A stretch of DNA of 36,523 nt from a virus. Taxonomy: Duplodnaviria > Caudoviricetes. How positions within the stretch are numbered: the first letter of the stretch is position 1; each line of letters opens with the position of its first letter. The DNA is taken from the IMG/VR virus record IMGVR_UViG_3300008255_000074, positions 1 through 36,523 of that record, one strand, 5' to 3'. Below are positions 1-8,347 of the stretch, one piece after another. A model generated the notes under the pieces. The model searched no databases and was not told the DNA's origin. It saw only the letters and a program-made list of their open reading frames with translations. The position numbers were made by a program, and so were the translations under genes.

Positions 1-123
1 AAAGGAATTACTACAGGGGCTTGGTCACCTGCTCTTGTAGGAGGTTCATTTAATGAAAATACGTATGTTGAAGTTTTAATTGGTCAATATGGTCCTATGG
101 ATATGCATTATGCTTTACCTATG
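1..123. repeat. Terminal direct repeat, copy 1 (circular assembly overlap)
   Basis: 1-123 is identical to 36401-36523. Confidence 0.97.
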
Positions 124-195
124 GCACAAGTATTTGACAATGAATCAGATGCAAAACAATATTTAATTAATAAATTATATGGAGAAATAAAATGA
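1..195 (+). CDS. 3' part of a 111-aa hypothetical protein spanning the circular junction (starts at 36260)
   Basis: Frame 1 is open from 1 to TGA 193-195 and overlaps the next ATG (ATGA); not in the ORF track. Confidence 0.8.
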   Translation, partial: KGITTGAWSPALVGGSFNENTYVEVLIGQYGPMDMHYALPMAQVFDNESDAKQYLINKLYGEIK

Positions 196-647
196 GATTA
201 AAATATTCAATTAGCGATGTAGTTTATTATTATTGCAGTTACACGGACAGGATATGTCTAGGTCGAATTACAGCTATAGCAAAACCTTCAGGGCGTGAGT
301 GGTATGAACAAGTTAACTATTGTGTCAGAAATATTCATTTAGATAAAGATGATGATGCGTATGAAGATAGTATTACCTGTGAGGATATATTCAATAGCGA
401 AGAAAGTATTTACTTGTTTTTAAGAGAATGTGCTTACAATAGATTCTGTAAGCATAGCGAAGTCGATATGGACGAAGAAGACTTCAATATAGCTTTTGAT
501 GAAGAGCATGCAATGAAACTACCGCCTGAAATAGAAAGTTCTTTGTACGCACCTGATAACGCAGAGCTTCAAAGATTTAGATACCACTTGGCTGAAATGG
601 CTAATAAAGAGCTAAAAAAAGCTAAGGAGAAAAATAATGTTACCTGA
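192..647 (+). CDS. Hypothetical protein with possible N-terminal SH3-like beta-barrel
   Basis: GGAG RBS, ATGA coupling; LKYSISDVVYY start resembles the KFKVGDKVY-type motif. Confidence 0.7.
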   Translation: MRLKYSISDVVYYYCSYTDRICLGRITAIAKPSGREWYEQVNYCVRNIHLDKDDDAYEDSITCEDIFNSEESIYLFLRECAYNRFCKHSEVDMDEEDFNIAFDEEHAMKLPPEIESSLYAPDNAELQRFRYHLAEMANKELKKAKEKNNVT

Positions 648-885
648 TAACGACTTAGATGCAATATTGTTTTGGGCGTTTAGATATGCGTTAGGTCGTA
701 TGTCTTATGTAGTAGATGATTTGCGTATTTATTTAATTAAATATAAAAATGAATTATCTAAACAAACTAAAGACAAAATTGTACAAGAAATAAAAAAAGC
801 CATAGCCAGCAATCAAGCTGGAATGCAAATGGATGTAGATTGCTGGAATGAAGTAGTTAGGGAGTTTGAGAGTGACTCAAGATGA
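637..885 (+). CDS. Conserved hypothetical phage protein
   Basis: AAGGAG RBS; AFRYALGRMSY motif that I recall from other small phage proteins. Confidence 0.75.
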   Translation: MLPDNDLDAILFWAFRYALGRMSYVVDDLRIYLIKYKNELSKQTKDKIVQEIKKAIASNQAGMQMDVDCWNEVVREFESDSR

Positions 886-1516
886 AGTGAATCAGATTTA
901 TGATTATTTGCATGAGTATTATGAGTACAAAGAAGGCGAATTGGTTTGTAAGAAAGATGTTTTGCGTGGCAAAAAAAAGGGGGATAAATTGGGGTGGTTT
1001 TATTATTCAGATGGGTGTAAGCCGAGTATGCGAACACTTATTTCAATAAATAAAAAGAAAAAAGTTTTTAAAGTCGCTGTTTTAATTTATATTTTTCATC
1101 ATAAAAAACTCAATGGATGTATTGTGCATATAGACAATAATCCTCTTAACAATAATATTGAAAATTTAAAAGTTGGTTTATTAGGTGAGGTGCAGCATAA
1201 AGTTCGTGCTGTTAAAGACACTGGCATTCACACTATTAAAAATAAAAATGGCACAATAACGTATGCTGTAATACTTAATTTTAATAAGCTAAAAGGTCGA
1301 TATGGAACATATGTATCTTATGAGCAAGCAAAAGAAGTAAGCGATTTTGTAAAGAGCATATTTAGAACTAACTTTGTTTCTGTTGAAGAAACAAAAAAAG
1401 CCGTAGCTAAAAAATTTCCATTTTCGACTCTGGTTAATCGTAATTTTACCCAGAATCAGTTAAAACTCAAGGAAAAATATGAAACAAGCCAGAGAATACC
1501 AAACACTAGCAATTAA
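866..1516 (+). CDS. HNH homing endonuclease (HNH_3-like, possible AP2-like C-terminal DNA-binding region)
   Basis: IVHIDNNPLNNNIENL motif, preceded by YEYKEGELV and LIYIFHH as typical of phage HNH endonucleases. Confidence 0.75.
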   Translation: MRVTQDEVNQIYDYLHEYYEYKEGELVCKKDVLRGKKKGDKLGWFYYSDGCKPSMRTLISINKKKKVFKVAVLIYIFHHKKLNGCIVHIDNNPLNNNIENLKVGLLGEVQHKVRAVKDTGIHTIKNKNGTITYAVILNFNKLKGRYGTYVSYEQAKEVSDFVKSIFRTNFVSVEETKKAVAKKFPFSTLVNRNFTQNQLKLKEKYETSQRIPNTSN

Positions 1517-3131
1517 TGAATGCATTACAGCTTTAGAAGGCAGTAACGACCCTGTTCTTTTGCTTTCCTCAGTAGGTTCAGGTAAATCTTATATGATTGC
1601 ACGTATTTTATTGCATTATGTAGAGCGAGGAAAACGTTGTCTTTGTTTAATAAATAATGCCGAGTTAGTGCGTAACAATTCTGCAACATATAAAGAAGAA
1701 GGTGGAAAAGCAGGTATTTATTGTGCATCTTTAAAACAAAAAAACACAACTGCACCAGTAATATTTGGCACATCGCAATCAATTCTTGCTGGAATAAAAA
1801 AAGATATAGGTAAGATTAAGTTTGATTTAATAGTATGTGATGAAGCTCATGCAATTAACTACACAAACTCTAAAAGTACTTTCATGAAATTGTTTACGAA
1901 ATTTTACAATAACAATCCAAGCTTAAAAGTCCTAGGTGCAACAGGCACAGATTTTAGATTTAAAGGTAATGATATTGTAGGTCCAGAATGTTTTTTTAAA
2001 AAACGAGTGGGTAATATTACCACTTCTAAGCTTATAAATGAGGGGTATTTAGTTCAGCCTAACTTTGAAATAGATCCAAATCTACTCATTGATTTTAGTA
2101 GTATCACCCCACGCAATGGCGTATTTGCACAAAAAGAACTCCAAAAAGTAGTAGATGCTAATGAAAGATTAACGTATTTAATATGCAAGCAAATCCAAAA
2201 GATTATGACTGAAACAAATAGAGTAGGTTGCTTCATATTTGCAACAACTGTAGCACATGCACGTGAAATTTACTCCTATTTACCTGAGCATGAAACAGGA
2301 TTAATTTTAGGAGAAACCTCGGAGATTGAAAGAAATATTATTTTAACTAAAGCACGCAATAAGCAATTACGTTATATTGTTAATGTTGCAATTCTTGCTG
2401 TAGGGGTAGATGTGCCAGTTTTTGATACAGCTGCATATTTACGCCCTACTGAAAGCTTAGTGTTAATGGTTCAGACAATAGGGCGAGTGCTTAGGGTTGC
2501 ACCAAATAAAACAGATGCTCTTATTTTAGATTATGCAGGCAATATCGAGCGACATCAAGATTGGGACGATCCAATTTTACTAGAAGCCTTAAAGCAAACA
2601 AGAGATAAAGACAAAGATTATGATATTAAATGCCCTGCTTGTCATACCATGAATACTCAACATGCACGCAGATGCATAGGAACGTTTAATTATAAAAGAT
2701 GTGAATATTTCTTTGAATGGAAAGATTGCCATGAATGCAAAGCCCAAAACGATATTGCTAGCCGACATTGTCGAAAATGTAAAAGCGAATTAATTGACCC
2801 TAACGATAAACTTCAATTAATAAGAGCTAAAGGCTATACGGAATTAAATGTACAAAATATGGAGGTGCGAATAAATTCAGGCTCAACATGGTATATATTA
2901 TCTGCTATTTACACACATGACAGAGGTTCATTTTTAGAGAAATTTATAATATCCAGTGAGAAAGCTAAGAATTATTTTTATGCAAACTTTGTTAAAAAAC
3001 ATGTGAAAAAAGCTTATAAATATTATCCTAAGTTAATGGAGGTAGATGCAGTAAAAGAAATGTTGGACGAGGTAGAAGCACCTTATAAAATATTTGTGAG
3101 TGAGGATAAAATCAAGCACAAAGAGTTTTAA
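1479..3131 (+). CDS. Superfamily 2 DEAH helicase, RadD/YejH-like, with C-terminal Zn ribbons
   Basis: VGSGKS Walker A, CDEAH, GATGT, GVDVP, QTIGRVLR, LDYAGN and CxxC pairs. Confidence 0.92.
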   Translation: MKQAREYQTLAINECITALEGSNDPVLLLSSVGSGKSYMIARILLHYVERGKRCLCLINNAELVRNNSATYKEEGGKAGIYCASLKQKNTTAPVIFGTSQSILAGIKKDIGKIKFDLIVCDEAHAINYTNSKSTFMKLFTKFYNNNPSLKVLGATGTDFRFKGNDIVGPECFFKKRVGNITTSKLINEGYLVQPNFEIDPNLLIDFSSITPRNGVFAQKELQKVVDANERLTYLICKQIQKIMTETNRVGCFIFATTVAHAREIYSYLPEHETGLILGETSEIERNIILTKARNKQLRYIVNVAILAVGVDVPVFDTAAYLRPTESLVLMVQTIGRVLRVAPNKTDALILDYAGNIERHQDWDDPILLEALKQTRDKDKDYDIKCPACHTMNTQHARRCIGTFNYKRCEYFFEWKDCHECKAQNDIASRHCRKCKSELIDPNDKLQLIRAKGYTELNVQNMEVRINSGSTWYILSAIYTHDRGSFLEKFIISSEKAKNYFYANFVKKHVKKAYKYYPKLMEVDAVKEMLDEVEAPYKIFVSEDKIKHKEF

Positions 3132-3177
3132 TCTAAGTGCTTGAACACACAATATACTGTAGATGTAATCCAGATTA

Positions 3178-3197
3178 TTAGCTGTTTACGGAGCTAA
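3178..3197. terminator. Hairpin between the convergent helicase and VRR-NUC genes
   Basis: TTAGCT/AGCTAA stem in the 79-bp convergent gap. Confidence 0.35.
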
Positions 3198-3210
3198 TCC
3201 TCCAGATTAT

Positions 3211-3576
3211 TTAGTCATTATCTATGTTTTTAATGTAAATTTCAAGAATTTCTTGTGATTCTTCTTCACTATATGCCACCATAGCACAATAACCACGCAT
3301 ACGTTTGCGATTAATAAACTCTTTCTGCTCTCTACTTACCACGCCTTTGTCAGTTTTAAGCTCTAACCATAAACCATGATAATCATTATTAGGCACACTG
3401 AGAAATAAATCAGATACACCACGAGTCACTCCCATGCGTTTTAATATACGTCCTTCTTGAACTGAACAAGTTCTCTGATTTGCTATATGAATTAAATCAT
3501 CAGCATATTCTGGGTAGTTAAATTTAAACCAATTAACTACATTAATTTGCAATATATCCTCAGGTTTCAGTTTCAC
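3211..3576 (-). CDS. VRR-NUC domain nuclease
   Basis: IHIAN, GVTRGVSDL, LWLELK, SREQKEF PD-(D/E)xK motifs; GTG 3576 preferred over 3603 as start. Confidence 0.88.
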   Translation of the reverse strand: MKLKPEDILQINVVNWFKFNYPEYADDLIHIANQRTCSVQEGRILKRMGVTRGVSDLFLSVPNNDYHGLWLELKTDKGVVSREQKEFINRKRMRGYCAMVAYSEEESQEILEIYIKNIDND

Positions 3577-3973
3577 GTATCTGTACCGCAATATCCTTTG
3601 CACGTTCAGGAACTTGTCTTGCCCATTTAGAATCTAAAGCTTCTAGAGCTGCTTTTGTGTAATTCTTTTCTTCTAATGCTTTAATCATTTTTTTAAAGCC
3701 TAATAATCTAGTTAAGCCTAGATTGAAGCACATATTGATTAATGCATTTTGCACATTTCTTGGCTGATTAAAATACCAGTTAAATTGCATTAATTCAGCT
3801 TTGCATCGCTTTATATCATTACGCAATAAAAACATAATCTCTTCGTCGGAAAGACCAACAGACTCAAGATTTCGACCAACACCAATAGTTTTGATTCCCA
3901 GTGAATCATTATAAACATGATGTCTTAAGCCTTCATGTTTAATTAGTAATTCCTCAAGTCCTTTATGGTGCAT
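3560..3973 (-). CDS. Endolysin, T4-lysozyme-like glycoside hydrolase (GH24)
   Basis: HEGLRHHVYNDSLGIKTIGVGRNL (E-x8-D-x5-T triad), NMCFNLG, DSKWARQVPERA; ATG 3973 is the likely start. Confidence 0.93.
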   Translation of the reverse strand: MHHKGLEELLIKHEGLRHHVYNDSLGIKTIGVGRNLESVGLSDEEIMFLLRNDIKRCKAELMQFNWYFNQPRNVQNALINMCFNLGLTRLLGFKKMIKALEEKNYTKAALEALDSKWARQVPERAKDIAVQIRETET

Positions 3974-4421
3974 AGTGATACCACCCAAAAAGCCTTACAG
4001 CACTGTACATAGCATATGAATCAAACCACGAGTTACCTTCTACACGCAAAGCATCATAAAAAATAGTATCAGCTTCCGCACGACTAAAACCATTAGGGTC
4101 TTGATACAAATAGTCATGTAAAATAGCAGGGCGAATTAAACTAATATCTTCTGGATTATATTTCCATTGGAGAATCCAAGGAATAGATGCTAAATCTGTA
4201 ACAAATCGAGCCGGAACTAAAAGCAAATGGTCATTGACCCAAACAAGTAATTCTTGTTCTAATTCCCACTTATTCGAGGGATTTGGAATTAAAGTGGCTT
4301 CATTTTCAAATTTAATTTTATACTGCATATATGGACTCTTAGCTAATAAAAATAACCCTAACACTACTAATGATATTACAATTAGCAGTGTTAAGAAATG
4401 CTTTAATCGCTTAAGCAACAT
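3963..4421 (-). CDS. DUF1353-like protein with N-terminal membrane anchor
   Basis: VPARFVTDLASIP, AILHDYLY, SRAEAD, AVRLFG motifs; hydrophobic residues about 9-27. Confidence 0.85.
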   Translation of the reverse strand: MLLKRLKHFLTLLIVISLVVLGLFLLAKSPYMQYKIKFENEATLIPNPSNKWELEQELLVWVNDHLLLVPARFVTDLASIPWILQWKYNPEDISLIRPAILHDYLYQDPNGFSRAEADTIFYDALRVEGNSWFDSYAMYSAVRLFGWYHYAP

Positions 4422-5067
4422 CTATAATAGAATACCATAAATCAACTTTATAAGTAGAGCCTGTACCACCAGTAAAGTCAGCAGTAGCAGTTGCTAAAAA
4501 TAAACCTTCATTTAAAGTAGTAGCATCAGTTAAAGTTGTATCAACTGGTGAGAACCCTAAAGATGTGTCAGCAGTAGCAGCAATTAAAGTTGCAGCAGCT
4601 TGAGTTCCTGTAGCAGCCGTACCAGCAGCATTCGCAGTATCCGCATACTGAATATGAACCGCTCCACCGTCAGCTAAAACAGTTCCACCGTAATTTATAT
4701 ATAAAGTAGCCCTATGAAGGATTATTTTTTTACCTTCGCCTGGAGCTGGAACTAATGCTACAGATGCAGTATAAGAGCCAATTAACTCAGCTAAAGTTAA
4801 ATCAACTTGAGCGTTCATCATGCCAGACAAGCCAGAAACTAATGTGCCAGCCGAGTTACGAGAGAAAAAATTATATCCGTCGCTGTATCTAATTAAAATT
4901 ACATCAGTATCAGTCCATGTAAATTCGCCATTGTTAAGCTCTTCAATAGTTGCTTCTTGAGCCGCAAGATAACCAGCTGCCGTAATGGTTTCAAAGTTAT
5001 CAGTTGTTACCATTCTAACAATTGTAGGGTCAATCCCCCAGTCTCTAGTAAGGTTAGTAATAGCCAT
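4411..5067 (-). CDS. Putative virion structural protein
   Basis: Thr/Ala/Gly-rich acidic protein in the late operon; AAGGA RBS. Confidence 0.6.
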   Translation of the reverse strand: MAITNLTRDWGIDPTIVRMVTTDNFETITAAGYLAAQEATIEELNNGEFTWTDTDVILIRYSDGYNFFSRNSAGTLVSGLSGMMNAQVDLTLAELIGSYTASVALVPAPGEGKKIILHRATLYINYGGTVLADGGAVHIQYADTANAAGTAATGTQAAATLIAATADTSLGFSPVDTTLTDATTLNEGLFLATATADFTGGTGSTYKVDLWYSIIDVA

Positions 5068-5120
5068 AAAAGTAAGTCCTTTTAAAGTAAATTAATAATT
5101 ATTAATATAGATAGTTTAGC

Positions 5121-5339
5121 TTATTTTTTCTTAGACCGCATCTTTCCCAGTGTCTTTGCTAATTGAGCTTGTTTTTGCGTACGAGGGCTGACGTTGCCGC
5201 CTTTATCTTCAGCCATTTTATCAATCCAGCTTTTTTTAATATCGCCGTCTTTATCGAGTTTTCCTGCCGCTTTTGCCTTTGCTTTTAAAGCCCCAGGTCG
5301 TTTGATAGCACCCTTTATCCAGTCTTTGCTTTTTGCCAT
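5121..5339 (-). CDS. Small basic phage protein (WIxxAIKxPGAL...AxLAKTL type)
   Basis: Lys-rich 72 aa; motif recalled from environmental podovirus late regions. Confidence 0.7.
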   Translation of the reverse strand: MAKSKDWIKGAIKRPGALKAKAKAAGKLDKDGDIKKSWIDKMAEDKGGNVSPRTQKQAQLAKTLGKMRSKKK

Positions 5340-5341
5340 AA

Positions 5342-5494
5342 TTATAATTTCTCAAATTCATATTCTTTAACAATATTATATACTTTTTTAGATGCTTTTT
5401 TAGCTATTGGGTTATTTTTATGCTCCAATAATATATCTAAAGCTTCCTCTAATAAACGCATTGCTTCTTGAATTGAAGGTTTTGTTATTTCCAT
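5342..5494 (-). CDS. Hypothetical 50-aa protein (MEITKPSIQEAMRLLEE...), not in the ORF track
   Basis: AAGGA RBS; ATG 5494 to TAA 5342 fills the gap between its neighbours. Confidence 0.7.
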   Translation of the reverse strand: MEITKPSIQEAMRLLEEALDILLEHKNNPIAKKASKKVYNIVKEYEFEKL

Positions 5495-5510
5495 TATTTT
5501 TTCCTTGTTG

Positions 5511-6272
5511 TTAATAATATTCTGTTACCACTATTTGTCCAGCGCTTCCAGCGCCTCCATTAGTGCCGCCTGTACCAGCAGTGCCTGCCGCTCCAACACT
5601 ATAAGAATAAGAAGCTGAGGGTGAATTTATAATTGCTTCTACATAAGCCCCAGCACCTCCTCCGACACCAGCCGCCCAAAAACCAGTTGACGAAGCAACA
5701 CCGCCGCCGCCACCACCGCCTCCAGAATTTGTGCTTGCAGATGAGCCATTAGCGTTTCCATAACCACCTCGGCCACCTGTTCCAAATAAAGTGCTGCCAC
5801 CACGGCCAGATGTTACGTTGCTTGTAACATTGCTAGTAGCCCCTCCAAGCGTGCCGACTTCTCCGGTAGCGCTGACTACTTGTATAGCAGGAGCGTTTAC
5901 TGTGGCTGCGCCACCAGATCCCCCAGTATTAGCCCAGCCGCCCCCCGTTCCACCTGCCGCTGTAAGCAACGAAGAGCCAAAAGTTGTATTTCCTCCATTT
6001 CCACCAGCTACACCAGCAGCGCTGCCACCATTACCGCCGCCGCCCCCACCGCCGACCATTTTCACTTGAATATACGTCACATTAGCAGGTGTAGTATAAG
6101 TTCCGCTACCAGAGGTAAAAATCTGTACAGTTGGGGTTGTTGTGCCTATATTGGCATCAACATAAGCTTTAATGGCTTCGCCACTAACTACATTAGTTGG
6201 AGAAGCTGTTGCAAGAGTATCATCATCAATAAACTCATTAAAAGCCATATCAATTTGATTTTTAGTCACCAT
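5511..6272 (-). CDS. Glycine-rich tail fibre-associated protein
   Basis: QIFTSGSGTYTTPANVTYIQVKMVGGGGGGG ... GSAGQIVVTEY Gly-rich domain. Confidence 0.8.
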   Translation of the reverse strand: MVTKNQIDMAFNEFIDDDTLATASPTNVVSGEAIKAYVDANIGTTTPTVQIFTSGSGTYTTPANVTYIQVKMVGGGGGGGNGGSAAGVAGGNGGNTTFGSSLLTAAGGTGGGWANTGGSGGAATVNAPAIQVVSATGEVGTLGGATSNVTSNVTSGRGGSTLFGTGGRGGYGNANGSSASTNSGGGGGGGGVASSTGFWAAGVGGGAGAYVEAIINSPSASYSYSVGAAGTAGTGGTNGGAGSAGQIVVTEYY

Positions 6273-6283
6273 TTTTTATATCC

Positions 6284-7921
6284 TTATGCAATTGTTAAAC
6301 CAGCCGAGTTGGTTCTTTGTACACGCCATGTGGTATTAGCCACTATACACACAACTTTAATGTTGTCGGTAGCCGCAGCACTGGTTAATGTTCCACCTGT
6401 AGTTGTAGTGCTTGAACCTATTTGAATAGTTTGCCCAGAGTTAGCCGTTAAAATCCATCCGCCAGCACCTAATCCTTCTATTTCTACTTTTTGACCTACT
6501 GCACAAGTTGCAGGCAATGTAATAGTTGTTGCTCCAGCATTGCTGCACACATAACCATTATCAACAGCAGCAGCAATAGTGCCTGTCGCATCTGTAGTCC
6601 ACGTTAAGCCACCTCCTGTTGAACTAATCTCAATATTGGGGTTATTGTAATTTACAGACATGCCTGTACCAGCGACAATACTACCTGCATTTACAGGGTT
6701 ACCAGTTTCACCGATTAATAATTGACCATCAGTTAAACCAAAATCAACTGTACCATTAAATGTTTTATTGCCAGTAATTGTCTGAGTGCCGTTAATAGTA
6801 ACAACATTATTAATATTTGGAATAAAACTAATCCAAATAATAGGATCAGTTCCAACCACTGTTACAGTTGTACTTAATAACCAGCCTGTATTAGCATTAA
6901 CTGTTCCCTCTGTAACGGTCGCTATTTCACCTTCAATCATCTCATCAGGCGCATCAAAATCTGTAGTACGTGTATAAATAGCAGGAGTTGAGCCATCACC
7001 AACCTGCGTAACTTCGTAAATGCCATTTTCAAATGTATTAGTTTGGTCTTTAAATAAAACTCTATCCGCCAAGGCTAATGACACACTATCAATACTTGCA
7101 GCTCCATTAGAACTAGCTGTCAAAGTAGCACCAATACCAGCTGTTCCATTATCATAAGTAGATGCAAAATTACCTGTAGTAGCTACACGAGTAGGATTTA
7201 AAAATCTAAATCTATCCACGTTATCATCAACATAAGTTTTAATAGCTAATGAAGTACTCAAATTTGTAGCTGTAGCAGCAACCATTGTACTATCATTAAT
7301 AATTCCATCTACAGCAGTTGTTGATTGAATATTAAAAGTACCTGGCATATTTGCTGTTAACGAAAAAGAAAATACTGGATTAGCAGAGCCATCACCATTA
7401 GCAACATCAATTTCATTAGTCGTACCTTGAAAGATTAATGATGTTAAATCACCAGTAGTAGTAGCTACCCTTAAAATACCACTAGCTAAACTTGCTAAAT
7501 AAAAACCATTAACTAACGTTCCAGTATTAACCTTAGCTATTAATGAAGTATTAGCTAAATCCTGAACTGTTTTATCAACAATCGTTCCTTGATTTTCTAA
7601 TCCAATTAACGAAGCTCCTTCCCCTGCTAAATGGCTAGCAAGCAAAGCTAAAATAGTACTTGGAGCTGATGCTGTTGTTAATGCTTCCCATGCAGCTGTA
7701 GAGCTATTATAAAATTCATAGTTGTAATCCGTAGTATTAAATCTTAACCTAAAATTAACATTTGCATCAGGAACAGCAGGACGTTCAGCAGTTGTTCCAG
7801 GCGGAAGCATAGGCAAAGAATTAGTAAACTTAGTATTACCGTTCCTTAAACCAACAGTAATGTCATTATTTGCTAATTCACCCCCATCTACAAACTCACT
7901 AAACTTTTTGGTATCAACCAT
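6284..7921 (-). CDS. Tail fibre protein
   Basis: PGTTAERP, RVATT...DRVLFKDQT...NGIY, QTITGNKTF and TITLPA motifs typical of fibre modules. Confidence 0.8.
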   Translation of the reverse strand: MVDTKKFSEFVDGGELANNDITVGLRNGNTKFTNSLPMLPPGTTAERPAVPDANVNFRLRFNTTDYNYEFYNSSTAAWEALTTASAPSTILALLASHLAGEGASLIGLENQGTIVDKTVQDLANTSLIAKVNTGTLVNGFYLASLASGILRVATTTGDLTSLIFQGTTNEIDVANGDGSANPVFSFSLTANMPGTFNIQSTTAVDGIINDSTMVAATATNLSTSLAIKTYVDDNVDRFRFLNPTRVATTGNFASTYDNGTAGIGATLTASSNGAASIDSVSLALADRVLFKDQTNTFENGIYEVTQVGDGSTPAIYTRTTDFDAPDEMIEGEIATVTEGTVNANTGWLLSTTVTVVGTDPIIWISFIPNINNVVTINGTQTITGNKTFNGTVDFGLTDGQLLIGETGNPVNAGSIVAGTGMSVNYNNPNIEISSTGGGLTWTTDATGTIAAAVDNGYVCSNAGATTITLPATCAVGQKVEIEGLGAGGWILTANSGQTIQIGSSTTTTGGTLTSAAATDNIKVVCIVANTTWRVQRTNSAGLTIA

Positions 7922-7940
7922 AATCTATCCTTGTAATAGT

Positions 7941-8288
7941 TTAATTTTGAATACGTCTTAATGAAACGCTAGCATAAGCATTAGAATCAGGCGTACTAAA
8001 ATGCACAACATCGCCACCATTTAGATATCTTTGGCTTCTATCATGTCCAGGATTTAATTCTGCATAGGATTCAGTTAAAACAACTCCACTTGCTGGTACA
8101 GTTGGTGAAGCTCCTACCCTAACAAAAACATTAGAAGCTGGACCATATGCAAATTTTGCTGAATATTTATCGGTTGCAACACCAGGAACAGTAAAGCTTT
8201 CTGGAGTACCTGTTTGAACATTAACTTGATAAGATACATCACTAAATGGAATTGTTAAATCATAGTTTGAATTGTAAGACACGGCCAT
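7941..8288 (-). CDS. Putative small virion/tail protein
   Basis: AGGAG RBS; beta-rich; lies between tail genes. Confidence 0.55.
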   Translation of the reverse strand: MAVSYNSNYDLTIPFSDVSYQVNVQTGTPESFTVPGVATDKYSAKFAYGPASNVFVRVGASPTVPASGVVLTESYAELNPGHDRSQRYLNGGDVVHFSTPDSNAYASVSLRRIQN

Positions 8289-8347
8289 AAAAATAATCTC
8301 CTATATATTAAATAACCCAGTTTTTATTTATATTATATACTATTATA

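Noticed and set aside
1-123. Terminal repeat as a biological direct terminal repeat
   Set aside because: It falls in the middle of a CDS and is best explained as assembler overlap of a circular or permuted genome; true ends cannot be inferred.
5791-6425. Pro-rich and Ser/Cys-rich plus-strand ORFs
   Set aside because: Antisense shadows of the Gly-rich tail gene.
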